From: Bugula neritina
Taxonomy: Eukaryota; Animalia; Bryozoa
NCBI GenBank assembly: GCA_964035545.1
Contig: OZ037765.1
Span: forward strand, 20,770,995-20,834,994
Reading direction: 5' to 3'
DNA: 64,000 nt
Below, piece by piece: positions 61,101 through 64,000 of the stretch. A program made the translations under genes and the position numbers. The notes beneath the pieces are model-generated. The model was not told the DNA's origin. It worked only from the letters and a program-made list of their open reading frames with translations, and made no database searches. Positions within the stretch are counted from its first letter, which is position 1, and every line of letters begins with the position of its first letter.

Positions 61101-62616
61101 GTAATTAGTTGGACCCTGATCTTTAGCTTTGGATGGTTAATGTTCTCATATCTATCATTTATCTATCAAAAGATGAAGTTGTAATTTATGAAAAGTTAAT
61201 ACCACATGTAATAAACGCTTTATTTGTTGCTACTGTAGTAACAACAGATAAGATAGTGGTTGTCTTTGGTTTTTAACCTGCAAAAATAAGAATCTAAATC
61301 TGCCACTTGATACTGCTCCCGGGACACATGCACAACATATTTGCTTTTTACTTTTGATCTGGCTAGATCTAAACAATTTACTTAGGTCTTCCACATTTTT
61401 GTTACGATTCCAACTTTTAACTAATCAGCCACCAACTAGTAGATTTGATATCAAGCTTGACTAAGAAGTTTGTGCAACTGATTTACTTTACAATAAAAAA
61501 ACTTTTGTAGAAACATACAATAGAATATTAAACACAAGTCATGCATGGGCAAGGTGTAAGGTTTAGTTATTTGCTGTAATAAGAACCTAAAGGTGAGGTA
61601 ATTTTTTCAGAGCTAAAAAATATCTTTGACAGTTTATAATTATCAGAGAGCTAAACTAATTACAATGATTATTTCTCAGTTACCAAGTACTGCTTATATA
61701 AAAATTAAGCTTGAACAATGAATGCAAAATTACATCGAATTTTAGCGAACTTGCAAAGTGTAACATAAACAGCTATTGATAATTTTCCAAATGGTTAAAG
61801 AAAAATATTAGATGCAAATTTTGCATGACTGAGCTCATTTCAGTTATTATGGAAAAGTTTCAGCTGACACCTATATTATATCAAAATGCTTAGCAATACA
61901 AGGAAAAGATGAGGTAAGAACAAATAACAGAGCTTAGACAGGTGTCGTATTAAATACAATTGGAAGGTTGAATTGTTCCCTTGCAATTACACCTTTATTA
62001 AGGATAACTAATATTAGAATTATATTTTGTTGTTCATTATATTGCAAACAAACATTATCATTGCATTGGAAAAGTTTCCTTATCTACATTAATGGGCTGA
62101 CTGCAACTGTGTGTAATCATTATCATATTGCACCAATTATAAATATTGGGAAATGGCATTACATGAGTAATATAACTTTACTCATTCTGTCATAATTCTA
62201 GCTATTGTAACCTCATGTAGTTCTGGAATTTGTATCTTACAGATTAAAGTCATTTTCTAAAACCCAAGGTTAATTCATTAACCTATATCTTTGGTAAAAC
62301 AAACTTTATAGTATAACTTAATTAAATCAAAATTTAAAATAAACGGATATATGAACATACAAAATAGAATATTCACACGGTTCTGATTAGTCCTGGGTAT
62401 CTGCAATTTGTATTCTTTTACTTACTAGGTTGAACACGTGAGCAAAGTAAAGGTAGATGCTTTCTAATGCTAATATTTGATCTTGTGTCTCCTCATAATA
62501 GAACTTATACACTGAGTATGCGTTGAGTATTTTTATCTCAATTGTAGCATCAACAGCATCATATTCAGTCTGCCGCTTTTTTCTCCGTGCTCCATTCACT
62601 ACTACTTTCTTTAGTG
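18535..62616 (-). CDS. Gene A (partial, 64 exons): giant metalloprotease-LDLa-NIDO-AMOP-VWD-EGF-SEA transmembrane mucin-like protein
   Basis: Continuous chain of phase-compatible exons, summing to 11,951 coding nt (~3,980 aa) once the 11-bp duplication in the TM exon is removed. Segments are listed separately below. Confidence 0.85.
19571..22740 (-). CDS. Gene A two [6-Cys EGF-like + SEA-like] modules (22624-22740, 22390-22529, 21996-22063, 21468-21769; 21099-21215, 20542-20681, 20086-20153, 19571-19794)
   Basis: Exon sizes 117/140/68 occur twice with the same phases; SEA-like [21 protein letters not shown] and [21 protein letters not shown]; ARRKR and RSRR motifs. Confidence 0.8.
22966..24006 (-). 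CDS. Gene A Pro/Thr mucin exon, ~53 x PTTTTT (18-bp units)
   Basis: ORF 22946..24064 trimmed to gcag|GC at 24006 and G|gtaaag at 22966; 144-bp higher-order period marked by the AST variants. Confidence 0.9.
24099..24813 (-). CDS. Gene A linker domain (possibly SEA-like) with a furin site (24710-24813, 24457-24566, 24099-24295)
   Basis: Open, phase-compatible exons missing from the ORF track; SQMSRR|[18 protein letters not shown].. spans the junction. Confidence 0.8.
25102..28888 (-). CDS. Gene A beta-rich domain plus 7 EGF/cbEGF repeats (28671-28888, 28340-28452, 27555-27704, 27297-27466, 25960-26079, 25325-25576, 25102-25224)
   Basis: DIDEC, DINEC and ETDEC starts with C-x-N-x-x-G-[SG]-Y-x-C-x-C; [15 protein letters not shown]. 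Confidence 0.92.
29008..30911 (-). CDS. Gene A VWD domain and following Cys-containing segment (30765-30911, 29868-30148, 29383-29551, 29008-29274)
   Basis: [23 protein letters not shown]; [20 protein letters not shown]; [10 protein letters not shown]; MUC4/SUSD2-type VWD. Confidence 0.93.
30277..30712. mobile_element. Foldback MITE: ~435-bp near-perfect palindrome with TA flanks
   Basis: TATATGGGTCA..TTAATTTAGTACACACTGGAAATCTCC is mirrored at the right end; centre TTACGGACCGTTAC-loop-GTAACGGTCCGTAA. Confidence 0.85.
31172..32387 (-). CDS. Gene A AMOP domain (32219-32387, 31945-32107, 31172-31295)
   Basis: [53 protein letters not shown]. Confidence 0.9.
32523..35306 (-). CDS. Gene A fourth, divergent NIDO domain (35107-35306, 34558-34822, 33526-33692, 32824-32917, 32523-32696)
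   Basis: [10 protein letters not shown]; ICKNGMISF; FSPFWGRSD; [11 protein letters not shown]; [23 protein letters not shown]. Confidence 0.9.
36309..39293 (-). CDS. Gene A mucin+NIDO cassette 3 (38829-39293, 38438-38559, 37603-37786, 37309-37394, 36855-36953, 36309-36432)
   Basis: [11 protein letters not shown] / [17 protein letters not shown] / [11 protein letters not shown] / [11 protein letters not shown] / [18 protein letters not shown]. Confidence 0.9.
39417..42111 (-). CDS. Gene A mucin+NIDO cassette 2 (41968-42111, 41568-41689, 40717-40900, 40426-40511, 39966-40064, 39417-39540)
   Basis: Same exon sizes 122/184/86/99/124; the mucin exon is reduced to 144 nt; all open and in phase. 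Confidence 0.9.
42125..42540. mobile_element. MITE of the same family as 30277-30712, TA target duplication
   Basis: Left end TGGGTCACTTCACTTAATTTAGTACACA, right end TGTGTACTAAATGAAGTGAAACGACTCT; the empty site is visible in the paralogous intron near 39300. Confidence 0.85.
42653..46776 (-). CDS. Gene A mucin+NIDO cassette 1 (45565-46776, 44775-44896, 43919-44102, 43627-43712, 43167-43265, 42653-42776)
   Basis: 1212-nt exon of 63-bp units ([21 protein letters not shown]) with a 495-bp higher-order duplication, followed by five NIDO exons. Confidence 0.9.
45010..45391. mobile_element. 382-bp MITE, possibly PIF/Harbinger-like
   Basis: ~38-bp TIRs GACTTGGCCTCACGCTCGTGAGAATCACACGAAA / TTTCGTGTGATTCTCATGAGTGTGTGGCCAAGCC; TTAC on both sides; absent from the paralogous introns at ~38660 and ~41798. 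Confidence 0.85.
47091..51201 (-). CDS. Gene A seven LDL-receptor class A repeats (50959-51201, 50043-50173, 48831-48972, 47934-48170, 47091-47194; the first repeat starts in 51513-51660)
   Basis: [93 protein letters not shown]. Confidence 0.93.
51513..52262 (-). CDS. Gene A ADAMTS-type Cys-rich (disintegrin-like) domain (52033-52262, 51513-51660)
   Basis: [48 protein letters not shown] matches the PG..Y..QC..C..LwC..dGT.CG.g.wC..g.C pattern. Confidence 0.85.
51934..52004 (+). pseudogene. tRNA-like pseudogene or SINE head (TCC anticodon loop)
   Basis: A box TAGCGTAATGG, loop CTTCCAA, B-box-like GGTTTGAATCCC; acceptor stem mismatched. Confidence 0.5.
52868..62616 (-). CDS. Gene A reprolysin (M12B) zinc metalloprotease domain (62426-62616, 61085-61162, 60372-60508, 53342-53500, 52868-53005)
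   Basis: ARRKKR furin site; HFDHLMAFT; [10 protein letters not shown]; VAAHELGHN|LGAEHD (HExxHxxGxxHD split by an intron); Met-turn WIMVP; FSCCS. Confidence 0.92.
54286..54873 (-). repeat. 3' LTR (588 bp)
   Basis: TGTAACGT...ACGTTAGA on the plus strand; direct repeat of 58556-59257. Confidence 0.9.
54874..56210 (-). pseudogene. pol: Decayed pol remnant: end of RT, RNase H region, integrase zinc-finger start
   Basis: LHKIASN, RALWD..DQFTF and [18 protein letters not shown] motifs, with stops and frameshifts. Confidence 0.75.
56266..57768 (-). CDS. gag: BEL/Pao Gag-like protein, 500 aa
   Basis: Coiled-coil N-terminal half; [41 protein letters not shown]. Confidence 0.85.
   Translation of the reverse strand: MMSKSNTSKPHIFSRTKINQKAAQLDNEIKNCAELHKSIFSHFASKQDISYDSLESYKNQLSQIKHNLERTYDEWRQMLGDHEPDLRVRNHMDRLHSDCETLIGDAIDRMSKLSTKTKAAGFEPAQENQRFEILGSASHFVSSKSASSSHSSRASSHSQLRLLQVKSKAKAAALRKKLESAQFIYELQQQASQLANAIKQQQLQAEIDAAQAEEQVIAQAIEEEEEKDSSCPLLNQSPSIIPAAPPQPIVYKPQPPEQNIIQPHIIPSAPVASTNPFLQFMTPPPSTNPFVQSTKISRNVLQPAYQSPITTSSHQRQPAFTPDDYAESINLVRQRPLEPPMFLSNTQKYQKLKMAFNEAFNMSKVLHESNTQAKKKTQDIIIEKPIIPKRTFATQKTEVAPQQSETHIHACIFYKMDNHKTAVCGKLNLLPFSEVHEFIRDKRLCYACLDGNHIAKECGSPAVCNICKERHPTSLHKMHKYPRNLTTFNDSNKQPTIKPD
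58172..58389. repeat. Two ~110-bp tandem copies in the retroelement leader
   Basis: GTTAGTTGTCTGTT..CTGGCTCCGTCTGTGTAGTTCT..AAATGACGTACT..TAGTTGAAACTGAGTG occurs twice. Confidence 0.85.
58556..59257 (-). repeat. 5' LTR (702 bp) with an internal ~114-bp duplication
   Basis: Block GCTGTGGCTATGTGAG...CAAAACGCTAC is present twice, joined by an A-run. Confidence 0.9.
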
Positions 62617-64000
62617 CTGAAATATAGAAATATTATTAATTTATCGCCATCTTTCTGATAAATGTTTACTAATGAAACTTTTTTACAGACTAACCATAAA
62701 GCAAATACAAATGTTAGAAAACCAAGTTCTTAGATATTTCAATGAAATACAACCAATGTCTCATGTAACAAGCGTTTCCCCAGTACTCTTATTTTTGTAC
62801 CATAAAGGTTTTTCAATATATCTTTAATTTACTTGCAAACTCTATCGAGCAAATTTTTTACTTTTGTGGGCAATAAAATATGTAATAGCTGTTTAACATC
62901 GATCACTTGTTTTAAAGAATAATATACTAACTGTATAGTTTTTGAAGTAACATGAACTATTTTTAAGGTCCTGGATTTCTTTTAACAAAATTTACAATAG
63001 TCTTATTTATATGATTGTTCATTACAACATATAGTAATTTGCTAAAACCGGTTTTATTCTTCTTTTGTCAGGAGTTCAAGTTACGCATTTTTATAAAGAA
63101 TATGTTAGCATGTATTTTGATTCAACAAATACATTAAAACAAAATAAAATGAAAATTAAATAAAATACTTAACTGTTACTGGAATGGCTATATAAACCGA
63201 AGTATGAATAAATATGCAAATAAACTAGTGTAATTAATGATAAATGTGTTTTTGTAGCTGTAGTAGTTATCTTTCAACCTCACATATTTTTAGTAATCAA
63301 AAAGGTGTTGTTTACTATAATTACTATTTGTAATGTTCCAATGTGACTAAAGTATAACATTCAAATTGATATTTTACCAGTAAATATGCCTATAGCTTCA
63401 GATAATTAAAATTATCAACACATGTGTTGCTTTAATAACTTTTAAAAAATTATTGGGCCTTTTTATATTCATTTTCATGCAGTTCCAGCACATTTATTGC
63501 ATATAATTTAATATACCAGTGCTTTCTATTGTTTTTACATAAAATAAGTATTAGAAAAAAAATGCCTAAATCTATTTAAATATGTATTTAAGTTTTTATT
63601 CATTATAAAATTGTATAAGAAAACCTCTTTATTAGGTCAAAGGAATAAACTGTGTTGTATATAGTCTGTGAATCACTTTTTATAAAAAAACATGGTCAGT
63701 TACATTCTGCTAAAGAAATGACTATGTGCAGGTATACACTAATATGAACAAGACGAATGCACCGGTAAATTTTTAGCATAAATATGTACTCATGTTACAT
63801 GTTAAGCAACAAATGTTATCGAGCAAATGAGTAAAAAGTAGCTGAGAAGGAAAACTGTTATAAATAAGAGAAGAACCAATTTGTTTATCTATGTACAATG
63901 TCTTTTAAAAAATCATTGGAGGTAATAATTGCTTAATTAACTAGATGACTTCTCTTACCATTTCCATGCTGAATAGAACCACACCTATGTTGATTAGAAT

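Overview
AT-rich (~30% GC) eukaryotic DNA, most likely from an invertebrate, with many short spliceosomal introns. Most of the window (18535-62616, minus strand) is one giant gene, gene A. I traced 64 coding exons with consistent splice phases, about 3,980 aa inside the window; its N-terminus lies beyond 64000. Domain order: furin site, reprolysin/ADAMTS-type zinc metalloprotease (HELGHNLGAEHD), Cys-rich domain, 7 LDLa, three recently duplicated [Ser/Thr mucin + NIDO] cassettes, a fourth NIDO, AMOP, VWD (GDPH), 7 EGF, PT5 mucin, 2x(Cys module + SEA), TM, cytoplasmic tail. It is an apparently active protease on top of a MUC4-like membrane mucin. In this sequence an 11-bp duplication puts a stop at the end of the TM helix. 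A tandem paralog, gene B (14719 to <1, minus), has signal-peptide and prodomain-like exons, an ~1,100-aa acidic repeat exon and NIDO exons, but no protease or LDLa exons; one catalytic-domain exon survives as an inverted orphan at 15742-15878. Introns hold a deleted BEL/Pao LTR retrotransposon, several MITEs, tRNA-derived fragments, long microsatellites, and a highly structured ~270-bp element ending in a complete type I hammerhead ribozyme. Exon boundaries were read by eye and need RNA confirmation.
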